Shown: positions 1 through 11,466 of the stretch, one piece after another
Numbering within the stretch: the first letter of the stretch is position 1
Layout: every line of letters starts with the position of its first letter
Source of the DNA: Tricharina praecox
Taxonomy: Eukaryota
Assembly (NCBI RefSeq): GCF_024521635.1
Contig: NW_026250408.1
Span: 496,001-560,000 of the forward strand
Length of the DNA stretch: 64,000 bases
Direction: 5' to 3'
The notes under the pieces: model-generated
Databases searched by the model: none
Seen by the model: the letters and a program-made list of their open reading frames with translations, nothing else
What the model was told of the DNA's origin: nothing
Program-made: the position numbers and the translations under genes

Positions 1-2289
1 AGGGTCGTGGTCCGATAACCAAGCAACCAAGCAACTGCCTACCCAGATACAAAGTTACCGCCCCCACCACAAACGCAGGGCTCGCGTGAGGGTAGATTAC
101 TTTCCGTGGAAACAGAGACAGAGGCGTTTCTCTCCGATGAAGATGAAGGTGCGGTCCGTGCATTGTACAATTACCGGGCATATCTCCCATGTCTTCCCTT
201 CCATGTCTCCCATGTCTCCCATGCTTTCCATGCCTTCCATGTCTTCCCTTCCATGTCTCCACGCTGAGATCTCCTCCACGAACGCTCGGCCGACGTCAAC
301 GCAACCTTCCACAAGTAGAGATGTGTGTAGTCCCGACCGGTTGGGACCCCCTTTCGAGGCGGACGAGCAGACCGACCTGGAGCGAGCGAGAGCGAATGAG
401 AGCGAACAAGAGGAGAGCGAATGAGAGCGAATGGAAATACCCGCCAATAGTTGGGGTCCCCGTACGCTACGTACGTGCCGTCTGTGAGTATGTAGAGTAC
501 GCTGGCACGGGTGGACGCTCCAGAGTATAGGTAGGCTCGGTAGGTGGTAGACTCCTGACTGGTGCGTCGGGGGCGTCGGGACTCGGGAGGCGGGGAGGGG
601 GCTTGGTGTCCTCGAAAGCCTCGAGCAAGAGCAAGCTCGGCGTCGCTCCGAGAGGGCCATTCCGTACAGTATTCCGTATTCTATATTCCATAGGTATTCC
701 GTATCCCAGATCCCATTTTCCGTATTCCGTATCCCATTATCCCACTCCTCGATCATCCTACAAATGTTGATCCCCGGATCTTGCTGCCTGGTCCCTGAAC
801 CTCCATCTTGCCGAAACCTAGGCAGGGCAGGCGGTTGCATCCCGTGCAGGGCTCGACTCACCTCTAGGCCCGGACCTTTGGAGCCGACAGTAGCCGATTT
901 GACCCTGTGCCGGAGTTCTCCCATGAGCGAGCGGCTCGGGATGTTTGGCTGGGGCCGGCTCAAACTCCCGGAGGCCCGAGGGTGCGGTTGGCAGTGGTGC
1001 GGTGCGGGCTGGTAGTGGTGCGGGCTGGTTGGTTGGTCAGGATTGCTAATTGAGCATCTATCTAGCTGTCGGAACTGGACTGGACTGATTTGGTCAGGTC
1101 AGGGCAGTGGACACGGGGCGCAAGTGGAAAGCTGCAAGCCACACACGCAATACCCCGAAATAGTTAAAATAGTTAGCTAACCGCGCTTCCGTAGTCCCGT
1201 TCCAACTTCAGTCTTCCGTTCCGTGGTTGCTGCTTCTTGAATTCTGAACCCTCAATCCTCGATAGGTTTACATAGCACGTGAGGCTGGTGAGGTCATTAC
1301 GACGGATTGATGGATGACTGGATGGATGGAAGGAAGGAAGGATGGAAGCGGGCACGCGCGGGGTCCGCCCTCCCCTCCCCCAGATGGTGCCGGGGATTGC
1401 GGATTTTACCTACTCGTACGGACTTACCTCCATGCCCACTCGTGTCGGAAAGCAAAGTCGCCGAGCAGCAGGAGCGGTGATCATTAACTCTAGGCTTCGG
1501 GGTTAGGGTTGGGGTTTGAACATCTATGCTTATGCTGCTGCTTCGGCGAGATGGAGATGGAGATGGATCTGGATGGAGATCTTGGAAGATCTTGCCATCC
1601 CTCCCCCCCCCCCCCCCCCTCCCCCCGGTCCTGGCCAGGCCGCTCCACAGATCGCTTCCGCACGAGATAAGACGCATGCTGCGGACGGGATCGAGGTATC
1701 CGACACACACAGCTGCTCGCAAGGGAGCGGGTTCCAGCGGCTCGGACTGGCGGACAGGGTCGTTCGCTGCTCGCTCGCTCGTGAAGCTGGCTGGGTTGAA
1801 GGGTTGTCAGGTTTTCCGAAAGCGGTTCGGGGATGAAGGGCGCGATAGGCTAGTTGCTACTTACCTGGTACTAGTTACTACTGGTTAGTACTGTTCATGG
1901 CTATCACAGGAGTGAAGTTAAAGTAGAACAAACGGTGAATAGAGTACCGTTATGCAGAATAGAGATAGAGACGGAGTTCCTACACAACTCGACACAGCGA
2001 GCCACGGCACCAGCTGCATCAGAAGCATCTCCCGTTCATCAACTGAGTTTTCCGGGAAGTAGTTAGGGTAGTTAGAGTACTGCCAAAAAGTTTCCGGCGC
2101 CCGTCACGCCGTCACGGGTTTCGGTTTCGGACGTTTCCCTCGAAGGTATCTAGACAGGCAAGCCTGTCACGGACTCATGGTGCGGACGTTTTCGCTCCCT
2201 CCCTCCCTGCCTCCCTCGAGGGCCCGCCGCCACTACCGGTAGATGGTTACTCGACTGTGCAACACGAGATCGATAGTCAGAGGAGGAGA

Positions 2290-2290
<1 letters not shown>

Positions 2291-2338
<48 letters not shown>
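2291..2338. repeat. (AC)24 microsatellite
   Basis: Perfect AC dinucleotide run read directly, followed by a degenerate GGGACACAC tail. Confidence 0.97.
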
Positions 2339-2340
<2 letters not shown>

Positions 2341-3860
2341 GACACACGCACACGGGACACACACAAAGCTGCACACAAATCTCCACGCCATCTGCCCCCA
2401 CACCCTCAACATCCGCAGCTGCCCTTCCAAGCCATGACGACAAGCTCCGTACTCTACCGCGTCCGGCTTGTTGATTGGCCGGAACCATCCTCCGCCGCCT
2501 AGCTCTGAACCGGGGGGAGCCAGGGGGGTGGAAGATCTGAGCGCCCATCCACAGGCGTGCAACGATCTGGTCTATGCCTGACGGGGCTAGCGCGGCTCGC
2601 GTATCTCTCTCTCAGTTCTCTCTGGTGATGGTGGTGGGGAGGGGGGGGGGGCACACTTCCGCTTCCTTCCCTGGCCGCTTGCATCGCTGGTACTGACTGG
2701 TACATACGATACGGTAGTCGGTCGACTACTAGAGAGGAGCTAACTGCATATTGCTGGGGAACCGGCGGTCTCCTGTCGGTCGGTCGGTCTGGTCGGTCTG
2801 TAAGGGCGGTCTGTAAGGGCGACTCGCCCGTCGCCCGTCGACAGGGACATGCGAGATTCGAGACACCGGCTTGGGACTGCGAGGATCAGGGAGGATCAGG
2901 GAGGATCAGGAAGACGCCGTGGTCGTGAGGTGACGATGCGGTGCGGTGTTTTATTTTTCTCTTTCTCTGCCTCCCTCACCGCTTCCCACGGGTCCCTGCC
3001 CCCCGCAAATCAGGGTCATCGTCGCGCGGCCGTGGCAAACGTCGTTAGTAGAGCACTCTAAATATCTGTTCGGGCTGTGTCACTGGTTGGGTTGGGTTAC
3101 GGAGTGGGTTGGGTGGGGAGGTATGATAGGTAGGAGGTATGGTAGTATGGCAGGTATGATGCTAGGTATTTGGAATTCATCAGGATTCGGCATTACACCC
3201 TTGGTTGCTTGGGCGCGCTCGGAGTTCCGTGGGCTTCTCGGAGGTGGAGAGGATAGCAAGTGTTTGGACAGAGGATCTATGGAATTGTAGAGGCGGCAAG
3301 CGCTGGCACAGAGCATTTACAGTTCCATAGATGTAGCGAGCAATTGCACAGAGCCGTAGATGCAGTGAGCATTGCACAGAACCGCAGATGTCTCCATAAA
3401 GCAGCTGTAACTATTATCGATAGCACCTATCGCGATGCTGCCGGGCTTCCACGCCGCCCCTGCTGCGTCCGTCGGTGGATGAAATGAAAGCATGCGGCCC
3501 TACCATCGGCAAGCAGCCACCTATGCACACCACCACCACCACACCGTTTTCCGCATCTCCCGCCAATCTTCAAACCCCATGAAACTCGCCAAGGTCCACC
3601 CACACCTGCAGCCGAATCTGGCTGTCCGATCTCCGTAACTTAGACATTGCTCGTGGCATCGCGGCGCAGTCCGCCCCCCAACCCATCTCCCTTTCTGCAC
3701 TTCTCCCTTTCCTCACCTCCCCCCAGTTCCTCCCGCTCCACCGCCTGTCGAGCAACGTCAGAGCAGAGCCAGCGCGCCAGACTTGCCCACCAAGAGCCGG
3801 AAAAAAAGAAGAGCCCCCCCCCCCTGCCCAGCGACCTTCTCCATCATTCCCTCCAGACCA

Positions 3861-3904
3861 TGCTTGCTTGCCTGCTTGCTTGCCTGCTTGCTTGCCTGCT
3901 TGCG
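3861..3904. repeat. Degenerate (TGCT/TGCC)n tetranucleotide microsatellite
   Basis: tgcttgcttgcctgcttgcttgcctgcttgcttgcctgcttgcg. Confidence 0.9.
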
Positions 3905-4661
3905 TGCGGCGCCCAGACGTGTTGTTCACCCTTCGCCTTCGCTCACTGCCGTGCAACCATGATTAACCAGCGCGGCTGCTCTGGACCCTTGGACGTAAGA
4001 GCCGATAGCATTTATGTTGGAAACTCTACCGCCCTCCCGGCGCCCTCGCTGCTCCGTATCAACCTCTGCCAGCCCTTTCCTTCCCCACCCCCCTCCCCAG
4101 ACTGTCAGTCAGGCTACTATACTTACCCTTCCTACCCTACCGCACCTTCTTCTCCTTCCTGGGAGATAAAGAAAAGAAAGGAAAGGAAAAAAAACATTCA
4201 TACTTTCCCCAACAAACTCAAGCAATTAACAGCCTCCCACCCCCCTCCTCACAACCCCGGCGCTCTCCTCACGCACGTTGTGTCTCGGTTTATCCGGTGT
4301 CGAACCCTCCGCCCCCCTCCCCCAACCCACTCACTCTCACACACCCCTCCCTCCCCGCTGTTACTCTTACATACTCGCTTTGCTCCCTCTCTGCTGTCTC
4401 GGACCCGGCCACCGCACTTAAGGATTCCCTTCTGCCCCTCCGAATCGACGATCTGGACCTCTGCACACTACATCTCCTCCTCCTCCTGCTCACGCATACC
4501 CGATCACCACGACCATCATCCCATAATAGATCCCTCCATCAACCGCCTCTCCCAATATTCTCCGACTGAACCACCGGACGCAATTAGAACGTGCAATCAC
4601 ACACACCCACCCACACACCGCTCCCCCGTAAACCCCAGCGTATTCTCGGTCATCGTCGGTC

Positions 4662-6046
4662 ATGCCACCCCAGAGAACGGCACATTCCAAGCCGGCTTCC
4701 AAGCCGGTCAAGTCTGAACGCACACACGAAGAGAATCAGGAACGGTATGTAGCACTTGTCTCCGTCTGCATGGGATCGGGTGGGATAGCTGATTGCCACT
4801 TCACAGAGCCTACATTGCTGCGTCCCGAAGAAGTGATAGAAGTCTCGAGGCGAGAATCGAATCTGCCCGCCGAGCCTCGGAGATCCACAAGAAAAGGACC
4901 GGCCGAGCTCTCCGAGTCACCGAGGCCGATGTCGTCAACGAGGAGATGTACGAGGAGGAGGACGACGACGTGACCACAGCCTACCGCAACCTGAGCGCGC
5001 TTATGGGCGGTGGACCCATCGATCGCCGTTTCGCCGCTTACTACCAACACCAGGTTTACATGAGGAATGCCGTGGACCGAGAACTGAACAACAGGATGGC
5101 TATGAGTCAGGCGAGTATGGGCATGGGCGTGAATATGGGAGTGGCTACCGGTTATTCCCCGCATCAGACCTTCCCCGGTGGATACGCTCTCCAGCAACAG
5201 CAGTATCCCTTCTTCAGACAGCCTCTACAGCAACAGTCCGCCTATCGCCAGCAGCCTTATGCTCCTCCCGCCGGTGGTAGCAGCCACAGCCATGGCAGGG
5301 CCATGTCTACGCACATTCCGCAGCAACAGCCGATGATGATAAGGGCAGCCCAGCCCGCCGAGATCAAACGGACATCAAACTCGCCCTCGCTCTCGCCGGA
5401 GACTCACGTCTCGCAAGAAGACCAGTTCGCTGCAAACATGCCTCACATCCAACAGATGCCAACGCCGTCCTCTTGTCGGCCCACGCCTTTGTACTCGAGC
5501 ATGCCGGCGTACCAGTCTCCGCCCCAGCCACCACCCTTGTCATCTCCCATGTCGAATGAGGAGGAACCCTACTCGAACTATCTGTTCTCGAACGAACTTC
5601 CCGCCGAATCCGCCAGGTTCTTTGCCGGAACAAGTGCGAACAGTCTCAACATTCCCGGAAACTTTGACCGGTTCGATAACGGCACCACGTACACCACCAG
5701 CAAAGGCTTCACCACGAGTCTGAGTCCCAATCAGCAGAGCGATCCCTTCGAGTCCAAGACCGAGGATGGCCTCGCGACCACCACCGGGGAGCTGAAGTGG
5801 CAGCCTAGCAGAGTCGACTCTCCATATCTCAACGTGGGCACCGCGAGCAACCCTAGCTTCTTGAACGACAATCAAAACCAGGAGGACGATCTCCTGAACT
5901 CGTTGTTCAGCGATGGGACGACGCTAGCGGGATCGGATGCGTTCGGAAAATTCGACTCGGCACCGATCGAACAGTACGCCGCCGATCAGGACGCGTGGGG
6001 CGAGTTTGTGAACCAGGACTGGATGCTCGAGTCGAGCGTCACGTGA
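4662..6046 (+). CDS. Conserved fungal uncharacterised protein with N-terminal RTHEENQERAYIAASRRSDRSLEARIESARRASEIHKKRTGR domain and Q/P/S-rich body; putative regulator
   Basis: Exon 4662-4744, intron 4745-4806 (GTATGT..GCTGAT..CAG), exon 4807-6046. Splicing joins NQE-R-AYIAASRR in frame. I recognise the motif from filamentous ascomycete hypothetical proteins. Confidence 0.88.
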
Positions 6047-8126
6047 ACCACGAAACCGGATCGTCTGTTCTTTTCTTTTCTTCCTTGTCTCATCATCGTG
6101 GTCTCGCGCCGTCTGCCTAGCCCCGCAACGCTTCTGAATACGATATTCACGGACACAGCAATAACCGCACTAGACATTCAAGATCTTCCAAAATTACGGA
6201 TATCTTGATTGTTGGCTTCTCTGGATAAAAGGCGTTCGGTGCATAAAGGGCTGGTATCCTTCCTGGTGCGAAAAGAATACATCGGCGTTAGTTTGTTTTC
6301 GGAATACATTTGTTATCCTATGGAGTTTGTCGTTCAGGACACTTGTTTTTCTTTTCTCTTTTTCTTTTCTTTTCACTCATGGTTATGATTCGGTTTAATT
6401 TTACGGGGGGGTTTTTTTTTCTTTTTTCTTTTCGGTATATTTGTTTCTTGATGGTTTTACTAGCTGCTGCTCTTTGGCTTCGGACGTATATAAGGTATCA
6501 ACCTTATACGTCCGGTTCGTCTCAATTTTTCCTTTTTTACCTTTTTTACCTTTTTTTTTTTTGCTGTTACTCGGTTTCTTGCCTAAGCGGTGAGGAGGTG
6601 TTGCAAGGGAAGGGAAACAGCTTTCGAATTGTCAGTTCTTATGATAAACTGCCGCATATGAGGATTAGCACAGTATGCATTGTACAATAGATACACAAAC
6701 TTCAAAGGTCTTTATGAGTGGCATACCTACTGCCTGGTAAAGCATTGCAAGTTTCGCAAGTTTTCCGTGGAGCGTTTTGGTGTCTTCCGTTTTTGAAATT
6801 CTGAAAGAAAGAATATTGCCCTGTCTGGGCGGTGAGGCGGAAATCTTGGCCCTCGGGTCTTGGGAGGGGGGCGGGGGTTAAGGTTAGGCTTTCCGTTGCC
6901 AGTTGACAACTTGCTATTGCGGAGTGAGTTTGTGTGGTAGCTTTGCGTGGTGACTTTGCGTGGTGGCGTGGGTTACAGTTGGGTTACGGTTAGGCGTAGT
7001 GAGCGGGTTTTTGGGTTTTATGGGGTTTTTTGGGCTTTGGGTTTTTGGGTTGGGGGCTCGGAGGGGGCTCGGGAGGAGACTCGGGAGGGAGACTCGGGAG
7101 GAGCACGGAGGGGCTCAGAGAGGGAGAGACTCGGAGAGATATTGGTATGACTATCTCGTGTACCTACGGATGGGGAGTACGGACGGGTAGTACAGACAGG
7201 GAGTTCTGGAGTTCTGGAAGCCTCTGGATCGACAGATACCGCACAACTACGGCACATGGCAGCGTACCTACCTGGGTATACAGATGCTCCATCTAGGTAG
7301 CCCGCAGACGGACGGTAGAGCACGGTAGGGCACGGCAGGAAGATGCTTTGAAGATGTTTTGAAGATGTTTTGAAGCTGGCTCGCCGTTATCCACACTGCC
7401 TAGTACTATAGTTACTCGGCTTCGGACGGGAAGTGACGGACGGGAAGTCACGGGCGTGACGGCCCACTATCACGGCCACGATCCTGAGGAGAGCTGAGGG
7501 GGCGGTGGGGAAGGTGGGGAAGGTGGGGAAGGTGGGGAAGGTTCGGTGCGCTTAACCATATACCTAATGCAATAGAGTGTGCAATAGAGTGTGCATTCCC
7601 CACAGGCCTGTCAGGCTCGTCAACGGGCAAACCCTCCCTCCCTCCCTCTCTCCCTCCGGAGTCTATCTGTCAGACCTGGATGGGGCCTACCAGACTCCTC
7701 GACGACTCTACGACGGCTCCAACAAGCACGCTACAGGACGACGGTGCCCTATCGATAAAACCCTTTCCTCCCCCACTTCTCCCCCGCACGACTGAGGGAG
7801 TGAGGAAGGATCCCCGGCGCGGAGCAACACCAACACCAACAGCGTCTCTACTAGAGTACCGGTATATTCCACACAGCTGGTGGTCGGTCGGTATCCAAGG
7901 CGAGTATGTACAACTGCCTATGCATGTGCCTACCAAGTATGAGGTATGCATGTATGAGGTATGTACATGCAACACACCCCAGGCCTGGCGGGCGGTTTCA
8001 GCACCCGGCTAACTATAGTACTACTATAGATATGGGCAACAGGTTACAGCTGTAGCCTGTAGCCTGTATGTAGCCTGTAGGGCTGAGCGATAGATGAGCG
8101 ATGCCTGAGTGACAAAGCATGATGTT

Positions 8127-8175
8127 CGGAGTCGGAGAGTCGGAGTCGGAGTCGGAGAGTCGGAGTCGGAGTCGG
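8127..8175. repeat. (GGAGTC)n hexamer tandem repeat with GA insertions
   Basis: cggagtcggagagtcggagtcggagtcggagagtcggagtcggagtcgg. Confidence 0.9.
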
Positions 8176-8594
8176 GTGGATATCTTCTCCTCCCCCGTCA
8201 GTGCTTTCGCGCTGACGTTTGGCATACATGTTGGGAACTTGGAGCTGGAAATTGCCCCGGTGTGATACGAGGATACCGCAGATGCGGCGGATACGGGGAT
8301 ACTTGGGTATGCCAGCTTGTCGATGACCCCTCACCCCCCCAACAGGCCGGACCAACAGTCTAGACCAAGCGCACGGAAATTGGGACGTCTCCAGCCATTG
8401 AAGCCAATCGTTAACACGACTGCATACATGCATGTATGCAACCCACCCCGGGAATGGGTTTCAGGACACGACCGTTGACCGTCGACCGGATGGCGGTGAG
8501 TGACCGGTGGTGAGCACGGTTGTTATGTGTGGAATAAACCCCCTCCCAACCCAGCGCTTCGCTAAGTCGACTCGTCTACTCCATACGTCCTCAT

Positions 8595-8618
8595 CCCCCC
8601 CCCCCCCCCCCCCCCCCC
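8595..8618. repeat. Poly-C homopolymer (C24)
   Basis: Read directly. A similar C17TC6 tract lies at 1603-1626. Confidence 0.95.
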
Positions 8619-11224
8619 AGCTGCTGATGATGCATGTATGCAATACATAGACTCACAGACTTCCCCAACATCCTTATCGGTATCACAGTCGATAACCTCC
8701 CGGTCCTGACTACACGGAATCACTCTACTGCACGCACGCACGCAAGGCCTGCCGGGTTCCAGACTTCCAGTGTTTCACCACCAAACAACCAACGACCAAA
8801 CCAAACAACATTAAACGCTTAATCGCTTAAACACACCCAGTGAGTGCCCACCTGTAATGCATGCATGCATATAATCTACTCTATAACTGGTAGTATAAAA
8901 GAAGAGAAGAGAAGAGAAGAGAAGCTTGGAAGTTGAAACGGTCGCGAGTGAGCTGAGCGCTAGTTACCTGGTCAGTCAGTCACTTGGTGCCTACTTTTAT
9001 GTACCTGACCTACCAGGTGTTCACCGAAGAAAGAAATAAAATGAATGAAGAAAAATGCAACGGTGCTTACTGAAACGTTATCCGGCCCGGTCACACCATG
9101 GCTGAAAGTTGAAACCGAGTGAGGCAGAGGGTGCGGATTAGAGTTGCCTATTCGGGCGGGGAATCCGAGAGGCGACGAGAGGTGACGAGAGGTGGCGAGT
9201 GATTTCCCGCCGGCCGGAAGGGAGGGAGAGAAAGGGAAAGGAATTCTGAAGCCTGAAGGGCGAGGCCGCTGAATGGTGTATGTACCCAGCCACTTGATGC
9301 TGCCGCATAGGCTGGTATGCAGGTACCTATTCGATCACTCGGAAACTTGCGAAACTTGCACTACTTGCGAAACTTGCGTGGGGCGTGGGGCCAGCCAGCG
9401 GGTCCGACACCGACACCGACACCGGTACCAGTGACTATGAACCTAACCACTCTACTATAGTAGGTAGCCGGCTGCCATCGTCTCTACCTGATTGTTCCGC
9501 ACGAGTTGGTAGATACCTACATTTTACGCCAGCAAGCATACCCCCCCACCAACCAACCAAGCATCAAGCATCCACCCACAAAGTGTGGGGAAAGTACCTA
9601 ATCTTACAAATCATTCCCGGCAGTCTGTTCCTCCGTTCCAGGTCCCCCCCCCCCACTCAAACGTGCGAGATTGGTAGTTATTGGTATTGATATTGGTAGC
9701 GGCACATGCCATGGATACCCCTACCCGCGAGGAAACAGTAACAGTTATCAGTGGTAGGTATTTGATATTGATATCTCACAAGCGAGTGATGGGGATGCGG
9801 GGCTGTGACAGTGCCGACTGTGTATGGCTGGGATAGTGCCGACTAGGTATGCGCAGACGTCTCTCTACCTGGAATATCTACTTATGCATATAACTCGATA
9901 CATAAAGTAGAGTGGCATAAGACACAAACATGCATCTCTGATCCCCCGGCTCGAGACGTTGCTTGGGAGCACACTCCCGTCTTCCCGGCTCCTGTTATTG
10001 ATATTGACATTGATATTGATACCCTGGATAACTCCGCTATGTAGTATGTATGCATCCAACATCCAGCCTCAGCGCAGCACGTGGTGCTGTCTCAGGCTCT
10101 CTACTCCACCCAAGCTCGCGATGCAAGTAGGTAGGTTGATGGGCGGGTGCATAATTCTTGGCTTTTATACGGTTTCAGGTCTGGGGGCGGTACCGTCTCG
10201 AGCTGAGGCCTGATGCATCTCGCTGCGGCCAATGGCGTGGCGGATTGTAGATGGGGGCGGGCGGGTTCGGTGGGGACGTCACGAATGCTCTGCCATCGGC
10301 ATAGACGGCGAGATCCCAAGCTGTTCTCTTCGAACACCCAATATCACCGCACGCACGCACGCACGCGGACAGACAGACGATTCCGTGAACTCGTAACGTC
10401 GTAAGTATTCCACTACATATAGCCACTTAAGTAGCCAGCTCGTACATATCCTACACTCCCTCGTCCCTCGTCCCGGCCATCCCCCTTGACAAAGTAAGGA
10501 CGGCCCCACCGATTATCCGCCACCTCCAGTTACGTCCCAATGCCCAATGCCCCCCGCCACCGTCCTCGTCCAATCAACCAACACTATAAAAACACCCCCC
10601 CTCCCCCCCCCCCAAGAAGAAGAGGAAGAAGAAGAAGAAGAAGCCCGCGGGACCAAGTGATCCGTTAGATGAAATAAGAAAAAGGGGAAAAAGAAGAAAG
10701 CCCCGGGGACCAAAGCGATCGCACGGGGTAAGAAGAGCCACAGGCACAGCCGGGCAGAAGAAAAGAAGAAAAAAACCCAAAGATCCAGCCATGGAATGAA
10801 GCAACAAATCAAAGAAACGTATAGTAGCGTCTAGCCAGCCGAGCGAAGCGAAGAAAGAAACCCCCCAAAGGAAAGAAAGCAAGAAAGAACAAAATACCCC
10901 CCCCCCCCACCCAACCAACTCCATTTCAGTGGCCTTCCTCTCATAGCGAGTACTCTGCAGCACGTACTTGGAGGGTCTCATCCCGTCGCTCCGAACACAA
11001 ACACATGCACCCATTTCATTCACCAATGATTCGAATCGTCGTGGAGAGAGAGAAGAAAAAATAGGAAGAAGAAAAAACACCCAGCCAGAGCGGGGGGAGG
11101 AGGCACGGTGGTGGTCCACATCCTTGGTCGGATTGGATTGGGCCGTGCACCCGAGCCCGCTCGATGCAAAACAAACAGACAGACAGACAGACGTAGGAAA
11201 CAGTTCGCGGTCCGCGGACACCAA

Positions 11225-11466
11225 CTAGTTGTTGCTGTAAGGGATCACCGCACCGCCGGCGCCAGACATGGACGGGACTCCGTCGTCGCCGAAGGTGATG
11301 ACTGCAGATCGAGCGGTTAGCACTGGAAGGAGAGGACGTGGCTGTCCATGGGACGGGAAGGAAGGGACTCACCCTGACGGGCGGCGAGCTTTCCGATGGG
11401 TGCGGCCATGGTCAAGCCAATGAACGCGACGGCGGCAACGAGGAGCGTGCTAAGCGTGAACTGCAT
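11225..11466 (-). CDS. Small secreted prepropeptide, 56 aa: MQFTLSTLLVAAVAFIGLTMAAPIGKLAARQVITFGDDGVPSMSGAGGAVIPYSNN
   Basis: ATG at 11466 after a CA-rich leader (CAACACAGCAAAT). Exon 11466-11373, intron 11372-11302 (GTGAGT..GCTAAC..CAG), exon 11301-11225 ending TAG. Classic signal peptide and C-ending codon bias. Confidence 0.88.

Noticed and set aside
1497..1517. Telomere-like GGGTTAGGGTTGGGGTT (also 6873-6888)
   Set aside because: Only 2-3 degenerate units; indistinguishable from the local stutter background.
86..3500. Numerous 60-290 aa ORFs in the first 3.5 kb
   Set aside because: Low-complexity translations of simple repeats; no domain or coherent splice model.
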